64,000 bases of DNA from the NCBI RefSeq assembly GCF_001194135.2, contig NC_068983.1:103824754-103888753 (forward strand). The letters run 5' to 3'. The translations under genes were made by a program, and so were the position numbers. The notes under the pieces were generated by a model. The model saw nothing but the letters and a program-made list of their open reading frames with translations, did not search any database and was not told the origin of the DNA. Positions 11,780 to 23,338 of this stretch are shown here, in pieces (the stretch's first letter is position 1; every line of letters starts with the position of its first letter). Source of the DNA: Octopus bimaculoides. Lineage: Eukaryota.

Positions 11780-12262
11780 GAATGAATGAAACTGAAAATA
11801 AGTGGATAAAGAAAAGAATGCATAGAAGTAATGGGGGAAGAAAAATGATGCCAGCAGAACTGTGCTATAAGACCGCTACAGTATCAATGAACAAGTATTT
11901 ATCTAGTAGAGAGGATTGGATACTGCGGCTTGTGTGGGCAGATGTGAAAGCAGCAAAAAATCACATTCTATTGTCAAAGAAGCTTGCAAATCTGCAAGGG
12001 AACTTGGCATGAACCCTGAATTAGATGAAGAACCTGAAACCACTGCCACAAAAAACACAAAATGGATAAAAACGAACAGGCAGAAACAAATTGTAGAGTG
12101 GTGGGGCCAGAAGCCTCTGCATGGACAGTATATACTTTGAAGTGGAAATGCTGATATAGACCAAGCAACAACCCATCAATGGCTGAGAAGCTCAGGACTG
12201 AAAGCAAAGACTGAAGGTTTCATATTGCTGTCACAAGATCAATTTGCTTACTAAAAACTACC
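11780..12262 (+). mobile_element. Second, more diverged Dong-like fragment
   Basis: Reads ELCYKTATVSMNKYLSSREDWILRLVW, then WWGQKPLHGQY, then DIDQATTHQWLRSSGLKAKTEGFIL across frameshifts. Homologous to 10450-10690. Confidence 0.85.
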
Positions 12263-12274
12263 ACACACACACAC

Positions 12275-12535
12275 ACAGTTGTTTGACCTTATCTAGTTGA
12301 GTATGTCCCTCAGTGGCTGACGATATGTGCATCTCTGATCATGAGCAGAAGTAGTGGGGGAGCATCATAGCCATGTGTTGAGAGGAATTCTTTAGGGTTT
12401 AGATAATTCACTTTTGGAAGCATGGGTGTTTTGTTCAACATCCTTAAACAAACCTTATTCAGGGACCTTTTGAGCAGGATGGGCTACTTAACCTGAAGAA
12501 AATTCTAACTGGGCCTCACCTGCAAGGTCATGCAT
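12275..12535 (+). mobile_element. Partial copy of the unclassified ~455-bp element
   Basis: Colinear with 44325-44778 (gtcccttagtggctgatgatatgtgcatc...gagcatcatagccat.tgttgagagg...cctgaagaaaattctaactggg). Confidence 0.8.
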
Positions 12536-13454
12536 ATTGTTTATATTTTGAACTTATTCTGAATAGGTTTTGTGTGATTCTAACTTCTTTGGTAAGTCTA
12601 TGATACTACAGATGTATAAGTTATCTATTAACTGTTTGTTTGAGTTTTGAAGGTGAATCTTAGCTCTTCATTTTCTTCATTATTTTTCTGAAGAGTGATA
12701 TCATTGCTGTTTTGAAGAAATCGTTCCACTTCACCCATTTTTGTGATTTTATGTTAAGTTTTCTTTTTTTACCTTTTATTTTTTTTAGAGATTTTCTTCT
12801 TTTGCCTTTTGTATTTCATCCAACTGTAACTAATGTTTCTTCTTCATTCTATGATAATGAAGCAATACCATTGTTTACCTTTATAATGGGATAAAATATT
12901 TGTTCATCCATTTCTAATTGTGAGCATAATTCCCAGAATTTTTGGCTGATGGCACCCTGGAAACGGGGGCTTGTTGTTCTTTTTATTGTTTCAATTGATT
13001 TCATTATTTTCATTTTTCTTATCTTTGCTTAGTTCTCCCAGTTTTTCCCGGATAATCATCTCCGAGGTGATTCTTAACACAGCAAATGATACTACAAGAC
13101 ACTTTTTCCCTGTAGCATCAATCTTAAGCCCTATGTTTCAGCACCTTCAGTTTGGGTACAGTTCAAGAATGGCTTTGTGGCTTTCAGTCAGTGTGGTTGG
13201 TGCCATTTGGACTTGGTAATCCATTTTGGTGTCCCTTGATCACATGTCACTTTCATTGGCCTTTATTGGGATATAAAAGTGATAACTAATCACAAATCTA
13301 CATCATTTCCCATTATCTCTTATGTTCACTCTTGTATTTCTTTGCCGCATAATACTGGAACAAAAAAAATGTATGGATACATTAGTAAAATTAGAAATCA
13401 ACGACCAAAACAGCAACCTCAAAATTCCTTCAACAAAGAAAAAAACAGACTTAC

Positions 13455-13561
13455 CTCCATCGTATGGGAAGTGGGTTATTTTGTCAGGATACTTACCATC
13501 CGCACAATCAAAACCTACAAGCTCCAGTTGTGATGGGAAGCTGGCTGTGTCAAGGCCACTT
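13455..13561 (-). other. Candidate coding exon with two in-frame 5' splice sites
   Basis: Minus strand: ctaac...catctccag| then open frame SGLDTASFPSQLELVGFDCAD G|gtaagt (13497) KYPDKITHFPYDG G|gtaagt (13455). Protein not recognised. Confidence 0.35.
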
Positions 13562-13716
13562 CTGGAGATGTCACTCAGAGTGGTGTGTTAGAAGAGGTTA
13601 AACATCAACTTCATAGTGATCTTGGATTCCACCAGTCACTGAGGCCCTGAGAATGCAATGCATGATGCTTGTTTACCCTCCTTCACGCAAAGAACACGCT
13701 ACGATGACAACGACGA

Positions 13717-13780
13717 TACCTGGGTGATCCTGCCAGTAGTCATATGCTTGTCTCAAAGCTTAAGCCATGCAAGTGTAAGT
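13717..13780 (+). rRNA. 18S: Orphan 5' fragment of 18S rRNA (non-functional)
   Basis: tacctgggtgatcctgccagtagtcatatgcttgtctcaaagcttaagccatgcaagtgtaagt matches the conserved eukaryotic 18S start TACCTGGTTGATCCTGCCAGTAGTCATATGCTTGTCTCAAAGATTAAGCCATGCATGTCTAAGT with about 4 differences. Similarity stops by ~13790. Confidence 0.92.
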
Positions 13781-14065
13781 TCATGCCATAAACAAATGGT
13801 TTATAAAAGAAGAAAGTAAAGCAAAATAGCATAAAGTAAGAAAAAACATATCTTCATCTTCACTCCTCTCCTTCATTCTTGCTGCTTGATATAATGGTGT
13901 GCCTTGTTTACAGATGTCATCCAATCAGCTAAGATCTGCAGCTTAATAATCTCAATGCATCAATATCATTTCTGTTATATTTACACTGCTTGATACCTTG
14001 GGCAAGTATCTTCTACTACAATTCCAAATCCACCAATGCCTTGTGAATTAATTTCGTTGACAGAA

Positions 14066-14101
<36 letters not shown>

Positions 14102-14289
14102 CTACGAAGATACTTAAACTTCTTACAGGAATAGTTTTATCCAAGGTACTCTGGTTTAATATATTATATTTTGAAGAGATGTTTCTTGAATAAATATATT
14201 ATAAAACATCAAATAGTTTTAAGTTTGATAAAACATCTATCTCTCCATTTTCAAAATTATCAATTATATATGTGTATATATATATATAT

Positions 14290-14308
14290 TCATCATCATT
14301 ATCATCAC

Positions 14309-14374
<66 letters not shown>

Positions 14375-14600
14375 AATTTTTTCCATTTCCCTTGCTGGCA
14401 TGAGTTGGGCAGTTTGACCAGAGCTGGCAAGCAGTAGACCTGCACTAGGCTCCAGTCTGATTTGGCTTTGGTTTCTAAGGCTCGATGCCATTTCTAATGC
14501 CAACCACCTTATAGTGTGTGCTAGATGCTCTATACATGGAACTAGCATGGGTGCATTTTATGTGGCATGGGCATGGTGCTCTTGCTGGCCAATCCTCTTC
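14290..14600 (-). mobile_element. RTE-type 3' tail with long (CAT)n
   Basis: Reverse complement of the shared tail, with tctaatgccaaccac at ~14493. Confidence 0.75.
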
Positions 14601-14614
14601 AGCGGAATTGATAA

Positions 14615-14888
14615 TATATATATATTCTTTTATTCTTTTATTTGTTTCAGGCATTTGACTGTGGCCATGCTGGAGCACTGTCTTTAGTCAAACAAATCGA
14701 CCCCCAAGACTTATTCTTTGTAAGCCTAGTACTTATTTTATTGGCCTCTTTTGCCGAACAGCTAAGTTACAGGGACATAAACACACCAACATCGGTTGTC
14801 AAGCGATGGTGGGGGAACAAACAGATGCACAAACATATGCACATATATATATATATATATATATACATACAACGGACTTCTTTCAGTT
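14615..14888 (-). mobile_element. tRNA-headed SINE, family C (3' part; repeated after the gap at 15057-15180)
   Basis: tgactgtggccatgctggagcactg...gaccccaagacttattctttgtaagcctagtac...cttttgccgaacagctaagttac. Confidence 0.85.
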
Positions 14889-15151
14889 NNNNNNNNNNNN
14901 NNNNNNNNNNNNNNNNNNNNNNNNNNNNNNNNNNNNNNNNNNNNNNNNNNNNNNNNNNNNNNNNNNNNNNNNNNNNNNNNNNNNNNNNNNNNNNNNNNNN
15001 NNNNNNNNNNNNNNNNNNNNNNNNNNNNNNNNNNNNNNNNNNNNNNNNNNNNNNNNCCTCTTTTGCCGAACAGCTAAGTTACAGGGACATAAACACACCA
15101 ACATCGGTTGTCAAGCGATGGTGGGGGAACAAACAGATGCACAAACATATG

Positions 15152-15182
<31 letters not shown>

Positions 15183-15339
15183 CTATTATCATCATCATCA
15201 TCATCATCTAAGATGGCCCTGTGTAACAGCAATGTAATCTCTCATCAGATCCCTTAGTTTGGTGAGGATATGAACTCTACAGTATCATTCTATGTTGGTG
15301 CAAATTGATGCTACCATATTTTCTAGCAGCAAAAGCACA

Positions 15340-15655
15340 TGGTTTGGTGGTCAAGTGTATTTCTCTCACAATCATAAAGTCATGAGTTCAATACCTGGCA
15401 GTACATTGTGTCCTTGTGCAAGACACATTACATTCACATTGCTCCCTTTCCCTCAGCTGGCAAAAATGTGTAGTACCTTTATTTGAAAGGGCCAGCCTTG
15501 TCACATTCTGTGTCACACTGAATCTCCCCGAGAACTACATTAAGAGAACACGTGTCTGTGGAGTGCTCAGCCACTTGTACATTAATTTCACAAGCAGCTT
15601 GTTCCATTGACTGAACCAACTGAAACCCTTGTCAACATAACCAATGGAGTGCCAG
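15340..15655 (+). mobile_element. tRNA-headed SINE, family B
   Basis: B-box gagttcaatacc, then gtgtccttgtgcaagacac and the body aagggccagccttgtcacattctgtgtcacactgaatctccc. Confidence 0.85.
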
Positions 15656-15820
15656 TTTTAAACTAAATTTTCTCAACATACAAGCTGAAATTTTTAGACC
15701 GAAATTTACATCCAAAAAGGTAGGTCGGCTTCAACACCAAAACAATTTTGGTAGACCAAAAATTACATGTGAAATATGACAAGATTTGGAGAGATAGAGA
15801 TGATCTTTGAATGTTTACAC

Positions 15821-16003
15821 TAAAAGCACCCACTACACTCTCTGAGTGGTTGGCGTTAGGAAGGGCATCCAGCTGTAGAAACTCTGCCAAATCAGACTGG
15901 AGCCTGGTGTTGCCATCCGGTTTCACCAGTCCTCAGTCAAATCGTCCAACCCATGCTAGCATGGAAAGCGGACGTTAAACGATGATGATGATGATGATGA
16001 TGA
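15821..16003 (+). mobile_element. Young RTE-type 3' tail
   Basis: Only 2 differences from 6111-6280 over ~170 bp; ends in (GAT)n. Confidence 0.9.
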
Positions 16004-18303
16004 CTACAATGACTTGTATTCTGGTAAATACAGTAATTTATCAAACCTAGCCTGCAACCAGTTGTTTATTTCATCAATGTTTGTGGGATGAAAGTCAATA
16101 CCTAGGCAGAATTTGAACTCAAATCGTGAAGAGCCAGAACATATGCAAAAAGGCATTTCTTCATCTGATGCTCTAATGGCTCTGCCAGTCCACCACCCTA
16201 TAGAATCTATATAAGTAATTAAGCTAATTTCCATATATATAGCTTAACATGAATCAGCAGTAATGAAAAATTAGGTTGTTCATTTCGGAATAGTTATTCA
16301 TTTAGAAATTATTTATGCGTAAAGCTTGTATTAGAAGTACAACTGACCTCAGAATATACAGATGATGTTGCATGTGTGGGTAGGGGCAAATAGAAGTGAA
16401 GGAGATAGTGAATGTGATGGTGGTAGTTAATGGTAGTAGTGATGATGATGATGGTGATGATGGCAACTACGATGATGATGATGATCTTAATCATGATTCT
16501 GTTTATAATCAGACTGATGATGTTGATGATGGTGTTGATGATGATGTTGATGATGATGATGATGATTAATCCTTTCTTCATGCTTTTGCTTGCTGGTGAA
16601 AATACTAAGGTTTAGAGAAAGATAATCAGTTTGATTATAGAGTAATAGAACTGATGAAGAAATACATTACATCATTCACATGAACAAAAATATGTTTAAA
16701 GTATTCAGAAAGAAAATCCCTTTATATTTGAGTTCTTATAAAAGTGAAAAACAAACACCCTAAAATATGTTATTTTTTTAAAAATTTCACTCCTCTTTTT
16801 TTGTTTATTTTTTGATGCCATGCCTAGTTTTTAGTCATTATAGACTACAGATACTCTCCAAGAGTAGAAGACCAGGTCCCTCATCTCACCAACCATTATG
16901 GGTGGCATTCATATAACAACAGGAAGACACCTAGGAGTCAGCCCCTAGGTTGGCCCATCTCCCTTAGAGAGCATCAGGAACTAATGGACCAAAACACTTG
17001 TTTGAGTGGAGTTCTTCCTCTACAGATTTCTCTCCAGGTTGCAGTCCGCTCACTCAATAGCAAGTTTCCGCTCACTTTATTTTGCCTCCTGCCTCAATCA
17101 TTTGTTTCATTATGCACTGCAAGTCTATATTTCACAGGGTGTTTTGACACCCATCACACTCCTTCACTTTATTATCATTATGTCCATTCATTACCTTACA
17201 CACATGTTGTGCATGCCTTACAACAAGAACATAACACATTTTATCACTAGAGAGGTTATTTGTCTCTGACTGGACTAAAGATGTTCCCTCTACTTCGTAT
17301 CAGTTCTTATTCTGTATTGCTGCATTCATAGATAGCTCGCTTGTGGGAGAATTGAACCTAAGCAGATGTGTAGAGAGAGTTGAGAGTGGGAAAGAAATTC
17401 AAAATAGGTATTTAGACACTTGTTGGTCAGTTACAGTCATGTGGTTGTAATGCCATCAAAGTGACATTAGTTTTCTTATTTCTATTTTTATTTTTTTATG
17501 TGTATTGTGGACAGGATGTTGGAAGGATGCCAGTGCTATTTTGATGGGAGGTTATTCTTTCAATGGTTTTTTTTTTTTTTTTCAGACTAGACAAAGAACA
17601 ACCTATTACTTTGAAGCCTCTAGAACTTTGTGTGTGACATATGTATATATANNNNNNNNNNNNNNNNNNNNNNNNNNNNNNNNNNNNNNNNNNNNNNNNN
17701 NNNNNNNNNNNNNNNNNNNNNNNNNNNNNNNNNNNNNNNNNNNNNNNNNNNNNNNNNNNNNNNNNNNNNNNNNNNNNNNNNNNNNNNNNNNNNNNNNNNN
17801 NNNNNNNNNNNNNNNNNNNNNNNNNNNNNNNNNNNNNNNNNNNNNNNNNNNNNNNNNNNNNNNNNNNNNNNNNNNNNNNNNNNNNNNNNNNNNNNNNNNN
17901 NNNNNNNNNNNNNNNNNNNNNNNNNNNNNNNNNNNNNNNNNNNNNNNNNNNNNNNNNNNNNNNNNNNNNNNNNNNNNNNNNNNNNNNNNNNNNNNNNNNN
18001 NNNNNNNNNNNNNNNNNNNNNNNNNNNNNNNNNNNNNNNNNNNNNNNNNNNNNNNNNNNNNNNNNNNNNNNNGTCAGCATGTGAGTATATTGTATGCACT
18101 CTTCTTACACCATTAAGAGTATTTTAACTCTTATTTTTAGCAATGTAGGTGCTCTGGCATCCTAAGTCACACTTAGTGATGATTATATTTTTCCTTTATG
18201 GTATCACATTGTGCTTGGCTGTTTATATTAATTTTTAGTATATGCATTAGCATTTAGCTAAATTATGCATAAATTTTTATGGTAAATCCAAATATGCTGG
18301 CAG

Positions 18304-18549
18304 AGGGAATTAGCTGATCATGCACCATTCGACCAGTCCTCACTGATGATGTCTACAGTTATAGATGAAACTAGATCTAATCTGAGGAGCCTCGAAATGG
18401 CCATAGGGTGGTTGCTTCCCCGTCAGCATGTGAGTATATTGTATGCACTCTTCTTACACCATTAAGAGTATTTTAACTCTTATTTTTAGCAATGTAGGTG
18501 CTCTGGCATCCTAAGTCACACTTGGTGACGATTGAATTTTTCCTTTATG
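18304..18549 (+). other. Candidate exon pair 18304-18429 / 18498-18549 separated by a 68-nt GT-AG intron
   Basis: Open frame RELADHAPFDQSSLMMSTVIDETRSNLRSLEMAIGWLLPRQH|gtgagt...ttttaactcttatttttagcaatgtag|VLWHPKSHLVTIEFFLY is phase-compatible. The first acceptor is weak and the protein is not recognised. Confidence 0.35.
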
Positions 18550-18672
18550 GTATCACATTGTACCTGGCTGTTTATATTAATTCATTTATCTATATATGAA
18601 AATATATATATACACACACACATATATACATACACACACACATGCATGTATGCATGTATGTGCATATGTATG

Positions 18673-18708
<36 letters not shown>

Positions 18709-18719
18709 TGTATGTATGT

Positions 18720-18782
<63 letters not shown>

Positions 18783-19214
18783 CAGATGATATAAATATAT
18801 TTACATATAAATGAGTGTTTGTGTATGTTGTATATGTCTGTATTTGCATGGTTAGAACTAACAGCATAGCTTTTGTAATCATTCCAAGACAAACAATCTG
18901 TATTAAATAGAAATCATAAATTTCAGGATATTACAAAAGCTTAACATACATAAATCATAAATAATACACTGCTTACATGTTAACTAGAAGTACAGTTTCT
19001 TCAGACTTTCTGAGATAGCTCTTTTAATAAAAACTGTTTGGAATTCAGTCTTTTTCAGAAATTTCAACTTTCTGTCCCAGAGTAAAATCCAGAAATTGAA
19101 GTATGTCAATGCACTAAATGCAGAAGAAATAACAAATATTTTTCAAGCAGAGCTTTGCTTTTATTTATGGCATAATATTTTACTTGTGCTATGGAGTGGT
19201 GGTAAGCATTTAGA

Positions 19215-19525
19215 AAGTAGTGTTTGTGCTGTGGTTAGGGTATTTAGCTCATGATCATAAAGTTGTCAGTTCAATTCTCAGTGGTACATTGTGTCCTTGA
19301 GCAAAGGCACTTAATTTCACATTGCCCCAGTTCACTCAGCTGGCACAACTGCATTGTGCCTGTAATTCAAATGGTCAGCCTTTTCACATTCTGTGTCACA
19401 CTGAATCTTCATGAGAACTATGTCAAGGGTACATGTGTCTGTGGAGTGCACAACCACTTGTGTGTTAATTTCACAAGCAGGCTATTTCATTGACCAGATC
19501 AACTAGAAGCCTCAGCATAACAGAC
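19215..19525 (+). mobile_element. SINE family B (diverged)
   Basis: gtggttagggtatttagctcatgatcataaagttgtcagttcaattc...gtgtccttgagcaaaggcac. Confidence 0.8.
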
Positions 19526-20039
19526 ATGTTGCCAGTGTTGTATCCTCCATCTCCAATGTCATGATACTGAAACAATATTGTGATGGATGGTTTAGATACA
19601 TTGTGCCAGTCTTGTAACAGTAAACAAGATAATGATGCAGTTATAATAACAATGTAACTGTTATGTCCTGCATTATGACAACCTATTTCATCATCTCTGC
19701 AGGACTGGCCTGAACAGCGTACCTCACTGGCTGACATTACTGACAGTGTCAGCCCACTAGTTATTAGTAGTGGACTAGCCCACTTCTCACCTGGGGATGT
19801 CCGCCACAATACTTCCCTGTTTTGAGATTTTTTTTCAACACAACATTTTTTTCATTACTTTTTCTTCTAACCAGAATTATTTTTCATCTTATTTAGATTT
19901 TTTCTCATTCCACACAGAATTATATATTTATTTTTTTTCTCTTTCAAAATGCCACAGGTAGTACCAAGTCTACATTATTACTAGTAGCACTACTACATAG
20001 TACATAGAGTGACCTGACTTATAAATCTTTCAAACGGAC

Positions 20040-20113
<74 letters not shown>

Positions 20114-20951
20114 TTTCACCGTGTAGTTCAGTTCTGTGTGGAGTTCCAGTTTTATCAGACATTTTTTTCTTCAGAATCTTTTTTTTAGATATATTTTTCA
20201 CTGTGTGTATATTACTTTACACCAAGTGTAGTTCAATTCTATGTTAGCATTTTTTTTTCTTCGGAATCTTTTTTATATATTTTTCACTCTGCGTATATTA
20301 CTTTTCACTTTGTGAAGTTCAATTCTGTGTTAGAGTTCAAATCCTTCAAACTTTCTTTCATTGTTCTTGAATGTAGGTGTTCCATTTCGACACTCCTACA
20401 AGCATTTGTAACCTCGTTACCATTGTTATAGCGACAGTTATACTATGGGAGGTATCCTCATTGCTACTGTTATGTCTCACTACTACACATCAGTGGCTGT
20501 GTGAGCTACAAATCCTCATCACCACGGTTATGTCACCATTCTACATATCAGCAGCTGTATGAGCTACGAATCCTTGTCGCCACTATTATGTCCTGCATTA
20601 TGATGATGTATTTCGTTGTCTCTGTGGGACTGGCCCAAAAAGCGTACCTTGCTGATTGACATTACTGACTGTGTCAGTCCACTATTTATCAGTAGTGGAC
20701 CAGCCCATTCTGATCTAGGGGTGTCTGTCACAACAGTAACGATCCAACAATCTCTTCACAAACCAACAATCAATATTCCAAACACACTAACCAACTGACT
20801 TCATTGTGAACTCAACTAAAACAAACATACAAACTTCACTCTGACCACTACTGTTTATAATTGCTTGGTCCAGTCATTTCTCACAAGGGGGGTATCATGA
20901 CTCTCATCACAACAACCAGAAAAAGAAATTATTTGCTTAAAGTATTATTCT

Positions 20952-21184
20952 TATTTCTTTATTGCCCACAAGGAGCTAAACATAGAGGGAACAAACAAGG
21001 ACAGACAAAGGGATTAAGTCGATTACATCGACCCCCAGTGCATAACTGGTACTTAATTTATTGACCCCGTAAGGAGGAAAGGCAAAGTCAACCTCGGCGG
21101 AATTTGAACTCAGAACGTAACGGCAGATGAAATACCACTAAGCATTTTGCCCGGTGTGCTAACGTTTCTGCCTGCTCGCCGCCA
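20952..21184 (-). mobile_element. Full-length SINE family A
   Basis: 22-bp TSD tatttgcttaaagtattattct (20930-20951) / tatttgtttaaactattattct (21185-21206), 2 mismatches. Confidence 0.9.
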
Positions 21185-21851
21185 TATTTGTTTAAACTAT
21201 TATTCTCTTAACTCATTTCCAGTACTTCAGTCTTTGATTTCAGACAGTTGATATTATTTTAATGATGTTGTCATTATATTCTTTAACAATAAAATCAAAA
21301 GACCCAATGTGACAGTGATTTGTCTGTTTTTATTTACAGTAGCAATATCTTAATTTTTACTCATGACAGAACTAACATTTTCAGGCACAAATCACCATGA
21401 GTCTTTGTGAATTCTTGCAATTAAATTCTCTGATAGACAACTGTTTATCAGGAAGTATAATTGCTACAATATGGGAGTTTTTATTGCTGCTTTCTTCCTT
21501 ATTTCCATGTGACATCTCTGCATAATAATAGCTGATAAAAATGTTGGTTGGTTAATTTTTACAATTACACCTTACATTGTAGAGAGAAAGAGAGAGAGGG
21601 AGAAAGATAGAAAGAGTTACCATAAGAGGTGCAGGATGAGTGTACATACCAGGCTTGGTGGTAAGCAATGAGTAAAAGGAATGCTACACATGCAGTTAGA
21701 GAGAAAGAATCATATAGACAGAGGAGGAGGAAATAATAGTGTAGTTGTGGGAGGAGTTATACAAATGAGTATTTTGTTCTTTTTTTAAATTCTATTTTAA
21801 AATAATAAATATTTTTCTCTGGAACATCAGTATTCCTTTTATAATTATATA

Positions 21852-23338
21852 TTGGGTCATTCCATAAATAATGCAGTTTTTATACTTGTTTTATTTTTCA
21901 AACTTAAGATAAACAAAGCTCTCTTTTAATCTAAAATATTCTCTCCTTCATTTTCTCCAATGTTCTTCCATTTATCTGGTAGACTTGCAAGGTCTCTCTT
22001 CCAAAATTCACTTGTCCATGATGAAAAATGCTCCTCCAGTACTGTTCTAACCTCGTTTACAGAAATTCGTTTTTTTTTTTTGTTCAAATGATTTTAAAGA
22101 CTACAGAATAAATGATAATCAGATGGGACAATGTCTGGTGAATATGGTGGGTGGGGCATTGTTTCCCATTCAAGCTGCTCCAGCCTTTGGAATGTCATCC
22201 TTGTGGTACGTGGCTAAGTATTATCCTGATGGAAGAACACCTTTTGTTTTGAAATCAAAGATGATCATTTTTCTTCTCGCACTGATTTAACCCTTTCGTT
22301 ATTGTACTTATTTTGAGATGCTCTTTAAATATAACAAAGAATTTAGTAAATTTACTTAGTTATCATTCAGCTAATGTTAGGAACATAAACTGTGACTAAA
22401 GTTTGGTGGGAGATTTAGATTCAAAACTTATGAAAACAAGACATTTGTGCTCAGAACTAGAGCCAGTTTCAGCCAGGCTAGTAATGAAAGGGTTAAGCCA
22501 CTCAAGCTGCTCACAGTAGGTCTCCTTTCTTATCGTTTGGTTTGGGTTTAAAAGTTCAAAGCGGACTAAATCCTTCATATCTCATCAAACAGATAACAAA
22601 ACTTTATGTGGGGGAAGACCTTCTTTAGCCCAGGGTGCCGATGTTTCTCCTTTCCCTACCCAGTGTTTAGCACTTGAAATTTTTATAGAGAACCCATTTC
22701 TTGTCACCAGTCACTATTCAGTCCAAAAAAGGTTCATTCATGAAACATGACAGCAAAGAAGAGCACACATTCACTCTCTGCACGTGATTAAACATGGAAA
22801 GTTTGTGAGGAACCTATTGACCTAATATACTGACTTTTCCGATGGCACAAAGGTATCGATAAATGACTGAATGACCAAATCCAAGTTTCACTTCTCAACA
22901 GTTACAATGGGATTTTGTTGCACCAGAGTTTGCAGGATGTCCTCATCGAGCTCTACAGATCTTCCAGGATGAGGCTCATCTTCTAGGCTGTAGTTTCTAG
23001 CTCAGAATTTCTGGAACCACCATTGACACTGGCTTACACATATTGGCTGATCCCCATACATTGCATTAATATTCTTGGCACTTTCCAATGCATTGTTGCC
23101 TTTATTGAACTCATAAAGCAAAATATGCTGAATATGCACCTTTGTCACTTCCATTAAAGCTTTGGAAAAATAACTGTCAAAATCGAACTGCACTCTTCAA
23201 AACTTGCACTAAAAATAAGTACAAAGTAAAATTACTACCTGCTTTTATAGCAAGTTGATGCAGGTATTTTTATCCTGTCCTTCTCTGACTTTTAGTTCAT
23301 GCAAATGAAAAAACCACATTATATATGGGATGATCCAA
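21852..23338 (-). mobile_element. Full-length decayed mariner element with nested MITE
   Basis: TA|TTGGGTCATTCCATAAATAATG and CATTATATATGGGATGATCCAA|TA are TIRs with 3 mismatches. The minus strand encodes HILLYEFNKGNNA..SAKNINAMYG, G(Q)*VPHKL, IVTGDKKWVLY, FHQDN and HPPYSPDIVPSDYHLF. Confidence 0.92.
22291..22492. mobile_element. piggyBac-like MITE (202 bp) inserted in the mariner
   Basis: TTAA|CCCTTTCGTTAT ... GTAATGAAAGGG|TTAA. Removing it restores YCEQLEWLKSVREEK*SSLISKQKVFFHQDN. Confidence 0.88.

Noticed and set aside
13488-13497. atacttacc resembling the U1 snRNA 5' end
   Set aside because: Only 9 nt match and the U1 body does not follow. It is simply the complement of a GTAAGT donor.
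12541-13790. An rDNA-targeting retroelement (R2/R8-like) inserted at the 18S fragment
   Set aside because: No RT or endonuclease motif is recognisable adjacent to the fragment, and rDNA is not seen on both sides of anything. Kept only as an unexplained segment.
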